A stretch of 64,000 nt of DNA from a virus, in the IMG/VR virus record IMGVR_UViG_3300042146_000099, positions 9,470 to 73,469 of that record; one strand, written 5' to 3'. This document shows, piece after piece, positions 27,543-36,515 of the stretch (position 1 is its first letter; every line of letters starts with the position of its first letter). A program made the position numbers and the translations under genes. The notes under the pieces are model-generated. The model was not told the DNA's origin. It saw only the letters and a program-made list of their open reading frames with translations, and ran no database searches.

Positions 27543-28027
27543 GCGGTCGGCTCCTCGTTCGTGCCGTACACCTCGTCGTGCGTTAGCAGACCCATGGCGA
27601 GTGCCTCAACCGCTGCGTCGTAGTTCTCGGGCGACATAACGACTCCGGCAACCTTGCCTCGCCGCGTGATCGCAACGTCCCTGCCGCCGAACTGGGTCGC
27701 GTCCAAGAGGTCAGAGATTCGGAGTCGGGCTTGCGACTGAGTCAGCGCGTCCGGAATGGGGAAGTGTGTGGCGACCAGGCTCGTTCGGGCGCCTGCCGTG
27801 TTGTATAGCGGCTCCTCTGCCTGGACGGCCGAGCGTTCTGCCTTCTCTGCCGCTTCTCGGTCGGGGTGCCATTCCACCGTGCGACGCCGGACCAGCGACC
27901 ACCACGGCTTGTCGGAGGCGTGCTGCGTCCACCGGATCTCTGGCTGCGTACTGATGCCGACATAGAGCAGCGCTCCGCCGTCGTCGTAGAGGCGGTACAG
28001 GGCGGTGCGCTGACTTGAGGTCGTCAC
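27539..28027 (-). CDS. GIY-YIG domain fused to Phd/YefM domain (copy 2)
   Basis: ALYRLYD..LLYVGIS...R...H...E...PLYN; SQARLRISDLLD...VAITRRGKVAGVVMSPENYD. Confidence 0.8.
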   Translation of the reverse strand: MTTSSQRTALYRLYDDGGALLYVGISTQPEIRWTQHASDKPWWSLVRRRTVEWHPDREAAEKAERSAVQAEEPLYNTAGARTSLVATHFPIPDALTQSQARLRISDLLDATQFGGRDVAITRRGKVAGVVMSPENYDAAVEALAMGLLTHDEVYGTNEEPTA

Positions 28028-28257
28028 GAGGGTGTCACCTTCCCGTCGCGGATGCGGGCGACGTACTCCCGCGTGTAGCCCGTGGCCTCAACGACTTCGC
28101 TGAGTCGGCCGCGCGGATACGGCTTGGGCTCCGGGAAAAGCAGCGGGATGAGGGCGCGGATGCGGTCGCGGTCCTCGTCGTTTTGGCTCTCGCGTTCCTT
28201 GATCCGGCGCGCGATGGCGCGGACTTCGTCGAGCTGCTCTTGGTAGTGGTCTGACAT
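28024..28257 (-). CDS. Small HTH regulator, probably leaderless
   Basis: LSEVVEATGYTREYVARIRDG; -10-like CATACT 6 nt before ATG. Confidence 0.75.
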   Translation of the reverse strand: MSDHYQEQLDEVRAIARRIKERESQNDEDRDRIRALIPLLFPEPKPYPRGRLSEVVEATGYTREYVARIRDGKVTPS

Positions 28258-28263
28258 GACCCC

Positions 28264-28333
28264 AGTATGCCACCAATGTAGGCGGACGCAATGTGCCTAC
28301 AGAGTTGACATGAGAACTGAGTAGGCATACGTT
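28264..28333. promoter_or_regulatory. Divergent promoters with operator half-sites
   Basis: TTGACA(28305)-17-TACGTT; GTATGCC, TGTAGGC...GCCTACA, GTAGGCATAC. Confidence 0.75.
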
Positions 28334-28366
28334 GGTCTCACAAGGAACGAACCGAGGGGGCCACCG

Positions 28367-28756
28367 ATGAGGCACACCAAGAACGAGACCAGCACCACCA
28401 CCCTCACCCGCCTCATCACCGCCCTCGACAAGCAGCAGCCCGTGACCGTCACGTACGTCAAGGCCGACGGGACCGAGACCATCCGCACCATCGAGATCCA
28501 CGACGTCCTGGTCACCGCCGCTGGCGACATCGTCCTCCGCGCGATGGACCGCGACACGGCGGAGATGCGCTCCTTCCGGATCGACCGCATCCAGACCTAC
28601 ACGGTCCACCGGACCGCGTACCTGATCGAGCGCCCCGCCGCCGACGAGCCCAAGACCCGCCCGGCACAGGGCCTCGCCACCGTCACCGTGCTGTACCCGG
28701 TGGACCTCCCGGCCGCCGACCGGATCGAACTCCTCGCCACCGCTCTTGCCGCCTGA
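28367..28756 (+). CDS. Stand-alone WYL-domain protein
   Basis: ALDKQQPVTVTY....T.RTIE...LRAMD...EMRSFRIDRI. Confidence 0.8.
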   Translation: MRHTKNETSTTTLTRLITALDKQQPVTVTYVKADGTETIRTIEIHDVLVTAAGDIVLRAMDRDTAEMRSFRIDRIQTYTVHRTAYLIERPAADEPKTRPAQGLATVTVLYPVDLPAADRIELLATALAA

Positions 28757-28794
28757 CCGCCCTCCCGCGCACCACCACGAGAACGGAACCCGCC

Positions 28795-29217
28795 ATGCGC
28801 TTCCAGACCTGCCGCCGCCACCCCAACGCCGGCCGCTTCCTCGCCGAATGCTCGGGCTGCAAGCAGGAGCTGCACGACATGCAGGAACGCAACCGCGCGA
28901 TCGCCGCCGCCTCCAGGGCCCTCGTCGGCATCAACGCCCCGGCCGACGCCGAGATCCTCGACGCCACCTGGGTGCGCGGTGCCCTCATCGTCGCCACCCG
29001 GCAGCCGTCCTCGATCGCGTTCGAGTACGCCGTCGACGCCTTCCGGCCCCCCACCGTGGAGGAGTTGGACCCGGACCAGGACGAGCCGCGCGCTCCGGGC
29101 GAGTGGATCCTCGTCGACCAGTACGGCGAGCACAGCGCCGATGCGGTACCGGGCATGGTCGCGGACGCGACCGCGTACCTGCGGGAGCTGTTCCCGCTCA
29201 GGAAGCTCGCCGCCTGA
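28795..29217 (+). CDS. Hypothetical protein
   Basis: GC3-rich frame. Confidence 0.6.
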   Translation: MRFQTCRRHPNAGRFLAECSGCKQELHDMQERNRAIAAASRALVGINAPADAEILDATWVRGALIVATRQPSSIAFEYAVDAFRPPTVEELDPDQDEPRAPGEWILVDQYGEHSADAVPGMVADATAYLRELFPLRKLAA

Positions 29218-29278
29218 CTGCCTGCCGTCGCCCCACGTCCGGGGCGGCGGCACTTCCCTCGCCGCCTAGGAGCCGACC

Positions 29279-29482
29279 ATGCTCACCTACCCCTACACCG
29301 AAGGCCAGACCGTCACCTACCACGGCAGCGTCACCGAACGGCACGGACGCACCTACCAGGCATGGCTCTGCCGCTGCCGCCACGCGCACGCGGTCGAGCA
29401 GCCCCGGTTCATGCTCTCCGACCCCGACACCGGCCGCGCCGTGGCCTGGCATGTTCGGCCCACGTCACTCACCCCCGCCTGA
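29279..29482 (+). CDS. Small hypothetical protein
   Basis: RBS AGGAG. Confidence 0.55.
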   Translation: MLTYPYTEGQTVTYHGSVTERHGRTYQAWLCRCRHAHAVEQPRFMLSDPDTGRAVAWHVRPTSLTPA

Positions 29483-29500
29483 CACGACAGGAGAAACCCC

Positions 29501-29977
29501 GTGGACTTCCACACCGCCCTCAACCAGACCATCGCCGACCTCACCCCCCAGCCCTGGACCCACACCAGCCCCGACGCCCGCACCCTCCGCGTCATCCCCG
29601 CCGGCCTGACCGCCGACCAGGGCGACGCCGAGGTCATGCTCCGTGTCAGCGGGCCTCTCGTGACCGGCCTGTACGCCTACGACCTCACCGGCCCGAACAC
29701 CCGGGGCGCGGCGGAGATCGGTGTCACCACGGCTGTACTGCCGCAGCTGATCGCCGCACTGGAGGGGCGGTCCGGGTGGGAGCACGCGGACGGGTGGAGC
29801 GACCCGACCGGCATCACGGTGACACCGGACCTGCAGGTGACGGTCACCGAGGGGCATCACGACGGCCGCGAGTGGATTGGGGTGACGGAGTCGGTACAGC
29901 TGCCCGAGGAGCAGCGGATGCCGCTCGCGTCCGCGCTCCGCCGCGCGATGGACGTCGCCAAGAGCTGGGAGGGATAG
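29501..29977 (+). CDS. Hypothetical protein
   Basis: RBS AGGAG. Confidence 0.65.
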   Translation: MDFHTALNQTIADLTPQPWTHTSPDARTLRVIPAGLTADQGDAEVMLRVSGPLVTGLYAYDLTGPNTRGAAEIGVTTAVLPQLIAALEGRSGWEHADGWSDPTGITVTPDLQVTVTEGHHDGREWIGVTESVQLPEEQRMPLASALRRAMDVAKSWEG

Positions 29978-30047
29978 CCGCATCCATTCGGGGGCCGTCC
30001 GACTGCGGCCCCCGTTCCCCGCCCGCCTGACCGCCCGACCCGACAGG

Positions 30048-30419
30048 ATGAACCACATGAACCCGCACCTCTGGTACGACCGCGAAGGCCAGCCCATCGA
30101 CGTCGAGGAGGCGGACACCCTCCTCGGTAACCCCGACTACAAGCGCGTCGGGCTCACCGAGATCACCTCAGCCAGCAACCCGGACACCAGCTACCGGGTC
30201 TCCACCGTCTGGCTCGGCGTCAACCACGCCTTCGGCGACGGACCGCCGATCATCTTCGAGACGATGGTGTTCGGCCCCGAGAACGCCGACGAGTACATGC
30301 AGCGGTACGCCACCGAGGACGAGGCGCGCGCCGGGCACGCCGAGACGGTCACGGTCGTCGCCGCCACGGTGCCCGACGAGACCGTCACCGACCTTGACGA
30401 CTGGCCCAAGACCGCCTGA
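30048..30419 (+). CDS. Hypothetical phage protein
   Basis: VSTVWLG.NH....PP.IFETMVF...RY.T..EA..GH pattern. Confidence 0.7.
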   Translation: MNHMNPHLWYDREGQPIDVEEADTLLGNPDYKRVGLTEITSASNPDTSYRVSTVWLGVNHAFGDGPPIIFETMVFGPENADEYMQRYATEDEARAGHAETVTVVAATVPDETVTDLDDWPKTA

Positions 30420-30537
30420 CCCCGCCAACGTCTGAGGCCCTCCTCCCCAGGGAAGAGGGCCCTTCGCCGTTTCACCTTCACACACTGCGCACATCCGATA
30501 TCGTCCCCCACCCGCGACACCACACCCAGGGGGACCC

Positions 30538-30876
30538 ATGAACCAGCCACCCACCACACGCCCCATGTACCCACAACCCTGGCAACGCTGGGCATGGGCA
30601 GCCCTCCCCGCCATCAGCGCCACCGCCCTCACCTTCATCCCGTTCCTCATCGCCTGGCATCGACGAGTCGTCGGCTGGCGCACCGCAGCCGTGTACACGC
30701 TCCTCAGCGGCATCACCATCGCTGGCGCAATCACCGAAGTCGACATCCACCAGTGGGGAACAGTCTGGCGGGAGGTCATCCGCTACACAGGCTGGGCATA
30801 CCTGCTCGTCGGCGTTGCCCACGTCGCACTACTGGACTGGCCACGGAAGACCAGCCACGAAACCGCCAAGGGTTAG
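30538..30876 (+). CDS. Membrane protein (moron-like)
   Basis: Three TM segments, own intergenic leader. Confidence 0.65.
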   Translation: MNQPPTTRPMYPQPWQRWAWAALPAISATALTFIPFLIAWHRRVVGWRTAAVYTLLSGITIAGAITEVDIHQWGTVWREVIRYTGWAYLLVGVAHVALLDWPRKTSHETAKG

Positions 30877-30916
30877 AACACGCCGAGGCCCCGGAGCCGC
30901 AGCGCATCTGAGCGTC

Positions 30917-32593
30917 TCAGGAAACTCCGTACCACTGCGACGCCCAGCCCGTGTTGATGATGCTCGTCGACTGCTGCGTCAAGTCCAGGCTGGCCGGGAG
31001 CGACGTCTGACCGGTGAGCATGTTGGAGTAACGCAAGCTCGGCGCGGACAGGTTGGCGTTCACGCTGATGCCCGCGCCGGACGCCTTGAAGTGCAAAACG
31101 TTGGTGGTCCACGTTCCGTTGAGGAGCATGGCGATGAAGTACTCGCCGGGCGCGGCAGTGAACGGGGCGGTCAGGCTGATGCCTTTGGCGACCGCGCCGG
31201 TCATCAGGTCGGCGGAGATGTCCGCCGTCACCCCGACGCGGGTGCCAGCCGCGTTGTACACGCCGAGGTAGCAGTTGCTGAGGCTGGCGCCGGTGTCGAT
31301 ACCGGACAGGCCGAACCAGACCTGCGACCAGGTGATGCTCTTACGGATCTGGATCTTCGTCAGGGTGATTCGGCCACCGACGCCGCCGCTCGACTGCGCG
31401 GTGACGTGCCCGGCAATGTCCGGGTCATACGTCCACGCCAGCAGACCCTGATCGGAGGGGTAACTCGCCGGATAGTCGAGATTGATGCCCGACGCTGACG
31501 GCCCGGCCCCGGAGACCTTCACAACCTCCAGCGTCGACCCGGCCTTCAGGCTCACCGCGGTGGCGTTGCTGGACGACTGCGCCCATTGCAGCCGCAGCGT
31601 CCCTGCCGTGGCACCAGTGGCGACAAAGCCGTGCGGCAGCGCTATCAGTCCGGCCAGCGTCGCCGACGACGCCATCACACCCACATCCACCTCGGCGCCG
31701 AACCGACGGCCAGCCATCTTCAACTGGGCTGAGCCGTCGGGGGTGGTGGTGCCGAGGGTGCCGGCGACCGGGGACCATCCGCCCGTCGCTCCGGACGGTG
31801 CAGTGAAGCTGATTTTGGCGTCGGCTGCTTCGGGCCCGTCGAACAGGAGCATGCCGGTGAACCGGTAGACGCTGTTGGCTTCGAGGCTGGCGAAGAGATG
31901 GGTGTCATTGCTGACGGCGGTAGTGGACGTGCGGGTTTCGTCGGTTGCTTTGACTGCCGTCTGTGTGAGCGCGGACAGCGCGGCGATCTGTGTGTCGGTG
32001 TAGGCGCGGTCGCCGTGCGGGTCGGATGCTGCTGTGTGGGTGGGGACGGCGTCTCCGGCGGAGACGGTGCCCGTGCTGGTGCCGACATTGAGGATGGCGG
32101 CGCCGCCGAGGCCAAGGTTCGTGCGCGCGGTTGCGGTGGAGCCAAGGTCGGAGAGGTTGTTTGCGGCCTCCAATAGGCCGGTGATGACGCCGGTGTCGCC
32201 GTTGACGGAGAGCACGGCTGGCGAGGAGACGGTGCCGCTGCTGGACTCCACGGGCGCCAACGAAGGCAGGGCCACGGTGGGTGTGGCGGCGGGGAGGCTG
32301 ATGTTGTAGGCGCGGCCGGGTGCGTTCGTGAACTCCTCGTCGACGCGGTAGGTCCAGCCGGTGGGGCTGAAGTCGTCGGCGTCGGTGGCGAGGAGTGTTT
32401 CCGTGAAGTAGCCGGATGCGCTGAGGGTGGCGTTGACGGTACCGAGGGCGATGACGCCGTGGGTGGCTGAGGTGACGCGGGACACGGACGGCGTGAACGT
32501 GATGGTGCCGGTGTAGGGGTCGCCGTCGAGGGTGCGGTATCCGGCTGCTCCGGCGGTGACGGTCACCGTTTCTACGCCGTTGGGGAAGGCCAT
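30917..32593 (-). CDS. Tail fibre / minor structural protein, separated from main virion operon
   Basis: VLSVNG..G and NNLSDL...ATARTNLGLG fibre motifs; Ser/Thr/Gly-rich. Confidence 0.75.
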   Translation of the reverse strand: MAFPNGVETVTVTAGAAGYRTLDGDPYTGTITFTPSVSRVTSATHGVIALGTVNATLSASGYFTETLLATDADDFSPTGWTYRVDEEFTNAPGRAYNISLPAATPTVALPSLAPVESSSGTVSSPAVLSVNGDTGVITGLLEAANNLSDLGSTATARTNLGLGGAAILNVGTSTGTVSAGDAVPTHTAASDPHGDRAYTDTQIAALSALTQTAVKATDETRTSTTAVSNDTHLFASLEANSVYRFTGMLLFDGPEAADAKISFTAPSGATGGWSPVAGTLGTTTPDGSAQLKMAGRRFGAEVDVGVMASSATLAGLIALPHGFVATGATAGTLRLQWAQSSSNATAVSLKAGSTLEVVKVSGAGPSASGINLDYPASYPSDQGLLAWTYDPDIAGHVTAQSSGGVGGRITLTKIQIRKSITWSQVWFGLSGIDTGASLSNCYLGVYNAAGTRVGVTADISADLMTGAVAKGISLTAPFTAAPGEYFIAMLLNGTWTTNVLHFKASGAGISVNANLSAPSLRYSNMLTGQTSLPASLDLTQQSTSIINTGWASQWYGVS

Positions 32594-32616
32594 GGGTTCC
32601 TCCTGCCGCCGCCTCT

Positions 32617-32665
32617 CCTTGGAATCGTAGCTTGCGCTTGCCAAATTCCTCCGAATCGTAGGATG
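32617..32665 (-). promoter_or_regulatory. Two copies of candidate late-promoter motif
   Basis: CCTTGGAATCGTAGCTTG and CCTCCGAATCGTAGGATG, matching sites before terS and portal. Confidence 0.55.
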
Positions 32666-32765
32666 GTTCTCGCGACCCTTTCGGAGGGGTCGATGGCAGG
32701 GGGGTTCTCTTGCGGGTTGCCCCCTGCCATCTCAAACCCGCAAGCAACCCGCGCAGGAGTGAGCT

Positions 32766-33389
32766 ATGCAGGACCCGCTCACCGTCGCCTTCGAGATCCG
32801 GCGACCATGGCCGCGCATTGACGCCTACGGCACCCGGCAAGCAGCACGGAACGGCGTCCGTTGGCAGTTCCGCCGCTACCACGACACCGTGATCTGGGGG
32901 CGCGCCCTCCGCTGGCCCACCCTGATCACCGTCTGGCACCGCGACCCGTCCGGCTACGACCACACCACCTGCCGCAAGGCACGCTGGCGCCTGCACATTC
33001 ACCACTGGCGCCTCCAGATCCACCCGTTCCAGCATCTGCGGCGGCGGCTCCTCACCCGCTGCGCCTGGTGTCACGGGCGGGACCGCAAGGGCGACCGGGT
33101 CAACCACTCCCACTCCTGGGATGGTCCCCGTGCCCGCTGGTGGCAGGGCGAACGCGGGCTGTTCCATGCTGACTGCTCGTCGATCAAGCGGGCCCACTCG
33201 ACGTGCACCTGCACGCGGCCCGTCCTAGACCACGACATCTACGGGGAGTGCGCCCGCTGCGGGCTGTTCCGGCCCTTCGGGTTCACAGACGCCAACCTTG
33301 CCCGCGCCCGCGACCTCCAGACCGTGCCACGTGGCGGCCGCCGAGCCGACGCGGAGGAGAGGCCTGAGCGGGACGGAGGCGAGCCGTGA
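32766..33389 (+). CDS. Hypothetical Trp/His/Cys-rich protein
   Basis: RBS AGGAG. Confidence 0.65.
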   Translation: MQDPLTVAFEIRRPWPRIDAYGTRQAARNGVRWQFRRYHDTVIWGRALRWPTLITVWHRDPSGYDHTTCRKARWRLHIHHWRLQIHPFQHLRRRLLTRCAWCHGRDRKGDRVNHSHSWDGPRARWWQGERGLFHADCSSIKRAHSTCTCTRPVLDHDIYGECARCGLFRPFGFTDANLARARDLQTVPRGGRRADAEERPERDGGEP

Positions 33390-33489
33390 AGCATCTGTGC
33401 GCCGCACTGGCGGCCCTGTTCGCGTTCGCCGCCCTCGTCCAGCCCGCCGAGGTCCGCGTCGACTACACGCCCGTCATACGGAGCAGCCG

Positions 33490-33933
33490 ATGAGCCACCC
33501 CTGCACCCGCCCCGAATGCGGTGCTCAGCTGCACACCGACCCGTGGGGCGTCCCCGTCCAATGCCCCCACACCGAGCCCGTAGCCGACACGGGGCGGCGT
33601 TGCCCGCGCTGCGACTGCCCCGACGGGCACGAGCAGTGCGAACACTGCAAGGTCTGCCCGCACGCAGGCGGAAGCTGTACGGACCCTGACGACGACGCGC
33701 GTGCCCGAGCAGAGAAAGCCGAGGCCGCCATCACCCGCGTACGCGAAGTGCTCGCCGAGCGCCTCGCCGAAGTCGCCGAACGCGAGGCCGACGGCATGCT
33801 GCCCTTCGGCACGCCGGGCGCCTCCTGGTGCGACGCGGTCACCGTCACCTGCGCCCGCATCGAAGACGCCCTCCGCCCGAAGACGGCAGCCACGGGCGTA
33901 CCAGCCGAACCGGACCCGCAGGAGGCGCCGTGA
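33490..33933 (+). CDS. Hypothetical Cys-rich protein
   Basis: RBS GGAG, MSHPCTRPEC... Confidence 0.55.
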   Translation: MSHPCTRPECGAQLHTDPWGVPVQCPHTEPVADTGRRCPRCDCPDGHEQCEHCKVCPHAGGSCTDPDDDARARAEKAEAAITRVREVLAERLAEVAEREADGMLPFGTPGASWCDAVTVTCARIEDALRPKTAATGVPAEPDPQEAP

Positions 33934-34079
33934 ATACCGCCATCGCCATCACCGCGATCATCGCCGCCACGCTCGTCGCCAGCCAGATCATCACCGCTAT
34001 CCGCGACGTGGCCAAAGCCAAGCACCAGCCCACCCGCGAGCAGCACGCGCGCGACAACAGCAAGGAGAACGAGGCATGA
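33930..34079 (+). CDS. Small membrane-anchored protein
   Basis: Overlaps on both sides, one TM. Confidence 0.5.
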   Translation: MNTAIAITAIIAATLVASQIITAIRDVAKAKHQPTREQHARDNSKENEA

Positions 34080-35032
34080 AGGTACTGGTCACCGGCGGCA
34101 GCGGCTTCATCGCCTCATGGATCCGCCGCGAACTCACCACACGCGGCCACCACATCCTCGTCATGGACCACCAGGACCGCCGCCAGCATTTGGCGCCCGG
34201 TGAGGAGTTCTTCCTCGGCGACGTCCGCGACGCCACCGCCGTCACCGAGGCCGCCGCCCACGTCGACGGCATCATCCACCTTGCCGCCGTCCTCGGCACC
34301 CAAGAGACCATCCACAACCCGCGCCCGTCCGCCGAGACGAACATCCTCGGCTCGCTGAACGTCTTCGAAGCGGCCGCCCAGTACAACCTGCCCACCGTGT
34401 ACGCCGGGGTGGGCAACCACGCCTTCAGGCTCGTCGGAACCGGCTGCTACACGATCACCAAGAGCGCGGCCGAAGACCTGGCCCGCATGTACAACCTCTA
34501 CCGCGACGGCGGCCGGATCACGATCGTCCGCCCCGTCAACGCCTACGGGCCCGGCCAGTCCATCGCCAAGCCGTATGGCACGAGCAAGGTGCGAAAAGTG
34601 ATGCCAGCGCTGACCTGCCGCGCCCTCACCGACACGCCCATCGAGGTCTACGGGGACGGCACCCAGGTGTCCGACTGCGTCTGGGTGAAGGACGTGGCGA
34701 CGGCGTTCGTGGCCGCTTTGGAGCACACGGCAGAGTACGGCCACACCGAGCGGCCAGTGGAAGTCGGGCCCGCCAGCTCCGTGACGGTCAACGACATCGC
34801 GAGGATGGTGGCGGAGGAGGCCTCCAAGCACACCGGCCTTGCGCCGGTGGACATCGTGCACTTGCCCATGCGGCCCGGTGAAGTTCCGAACGCTGTGGTC
34901 AAGTCGGACGTGTCCACGCTCCAGCAGATCGGCCTGGACGCTGCCGATTTCTTGCCGCTCGAAGACGGCATTCGCCAGACCGTCGAGTACTACGCCACCG
35001 AGTGGTTGCCGGGATGGAGCCCGAGTCGATGA
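34076..35032 (+). CDS. NAD-dependent nucleotide-sugar epimerase/dehydratase (extended SDR)
   Basis: TGGSGFIA, HLAA, YTITK, NAYGPGQ, YGDGTQVSD. Confidence 0.92.
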   Translation: MKVLVTGGSGFIASWIRRELTTRGHHILVMDHQDRRQHLAPGEEFFLGDVRDATAVTEAAAHVDGIIHLAAVLGTQETIHNPRPSAETNILGSLNVFEAAAQYNLPTVYAGVGNHAFRLVGTGCYTITKSAAEDLARMYNLYRDGGRITIVRPVNAYGPGQSIAKPYGTSKVRKVMPALTCRALTDTPIEVYGDGTQVSDCVWVKDVATAFVAALEHTAEYGHTERPVEVGPASSVTVNDIARMVAEEASKHTGLAPVDIVHLPMRPGEVPNAVVKSDVSTLQQIGLDAADFLPLEDGIRQTVEYYATEWLPGWSPSR

Positions 35033-35505
35033 CGACGGAAGTGGCGACGAGGCGCTGCCCCGACTGCAAGGAAACAAAGCCGCTCGATGAGTTCTACTAC
35101 AACCCGAAGAGCACGCTCAAGACTCGAACCTCTTCCCACTGCAAGGTGTGTGCGCGACGGCGGGTCCGGGAGCACAACAAGCGCAACGCTGAAGCGATTA
35201 GCGAACGGCGTAAAGCCGCACGGCGGACGCCAGAAGGCCAACGCAAGAGCCGGGACCGAGACCTGCGGCGGCACTACGGCATTGGTCTCGTCGATCTGGA
35301 GCGGATGATCCGTGCGCAGGGAGGACGCTGCGCGATCTGCGAGGACGAGTTCGAGTCTGACAAGCACACGCACGTCGACCACTGCCACTTCAGGGGCACT
35401 GTCCGGGGCATCCTCTGCTCGTCGTGCAACCTCATGCTCGGGCACGCCAAGGACGACCAGCGGCGGCTTCTCGCTGCCGCTCAGTACCTGGAGCTGCCGT
35501 CATGA
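35029..35505 (+). CDS. Endonuclease VII-family endonuclease
   Basis: QGGRCAIC...HVDHCH..G.VRGILCSSCN..LG. Confidence 0.88.
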   Translation: MTTEVATRRCPDCKETKPLDEFYYNPKSTLKTRTSSHCKVCARRRVREHNKRNAEAISERRKAARRTPEGQRKSRDRDLRRHYGIGLVDLERMIRAQGGRCAICEDEFESDKHTHVDHCHFRGTVRGILCSSCNLMLGHAKDDQRRLLAAAQYLELPS

Positions 35506-36515
35506 TGAAGGTCCACTTCTGGTCCGCCGACATGGCGGGTTCGGCATGGTACAGAGCCGTGATGCCCGCGATGGGCCTCTCCTGGCTCGGCCACACCGCC
35601 ACCCACCACCCCCGCCTGCCCCGGAACTGGGAGTCGTACGACACGATCGTCGGCTGCCGCGTCGCCCAGACCAGCCCGTCGAAGATGTGGTGGCACCTCA
35701 AGCAGGAGGGGAAGCGGCTCGTCCTCGACCTTGACGACGACTACTTCCACATCGACCCGTCCAACGCTGCCGCGGTGCGCGTGTGGGATCGGGACATGCT
35801 CGGCCGGCTGGCCCACAACATGGGCGTCGCGGATCTCGTGACGTGCTGCTCGGAGCCTCTCGCGGCCGTGCTGCGGGACTACGCGGAGAACGTTGTGGTC
35901 ATTCCGAACGGTCTGCCCGCGCAGTATCTGGGCAAGCCACGCGACTACCGGGCTGACGACCGGCCGTTGTATGTGGGGTGGGCGGGGACAGCGTCGACGG
36001 TGGCCGAACTGCCGGAGGCGGTGCGCGCCCTGAACCGGATCTCGCAGTACCCGCGCCCCGGTGGGGTGATGGTGCGGCTGGTGGGGATCGATGCGAAGCA
36101 GGCGATGGGCCTTGGGTTGAAGGGCCGTCGGATTGGTGCGCTCGGGTGGGTGGAGCGGGTGGAGCACTATCTGCAAGCCGTTGAGGAGTTCGACGTGTGG
36201 GTGGCTCCGTATCGGGATACGGCGTTCAACCGGGCGAAGTTCCCGACGAAGTGGCTGGAGTCCAGCGTTCTCGGCATTCCGTTGATCGCGTCGGATACGG
36301 AGGCGTACCGCGCGGTGATTCGGCATGGGGAGAACGGGTTCCTTGTGCGGTACGAGCACGAGTGGGGCCGCTATCTGAAGCAGCTAGTCGACGATCCCGA
36401 CCTTCGTCAGCGGGTCGGTATGACGGCGCGGGGTGAGGCGTCGGGGAGCATCATGCAGGCGTTGCATCACCGGTGGGAGGACGCCGTACGCGTACCCGTG
36501 GAGGTGAGCACGTGA
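35502..36515 (+). CDS. GT-B (GT4-like) glycosyltransferase
   Basis: WYRAVMP, DLDDD, VIPNG, VGWAGT, FNRAK..KWLE...G.PLIASD...Y..I.HGENGFL. Confidence 0.85.
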   Translation: MMKVHFWSADMAGSAWYRAVMPAMGLSWLGHTATHHPRLPRNWESYDTIVGCRVAQTSPSKMWWHLKQEGKRLVLDLDDDYFHIDPSNAAAVRVWDRDMLGRLAHNMGVADLVTCCSEPLAAVLRDYAENVVVIPNGLPAQYLGKPRDYRADDRPLYVGWAGTASTVAELPEAVRALNRISQYPRPGGVMVRLVGIDAKQAMGLGLKGRRIGALGWVERVEHYLQAVEEFDVWVAPYRDTAFNRAKFPTKWLESSVLGIPLIASDTEAYRAVIRHGENGFLVRYEHEWGRYLKQLVDDPDLRQRVGMTARGEASGSIMQALHHRWEDAVRVPVEVST

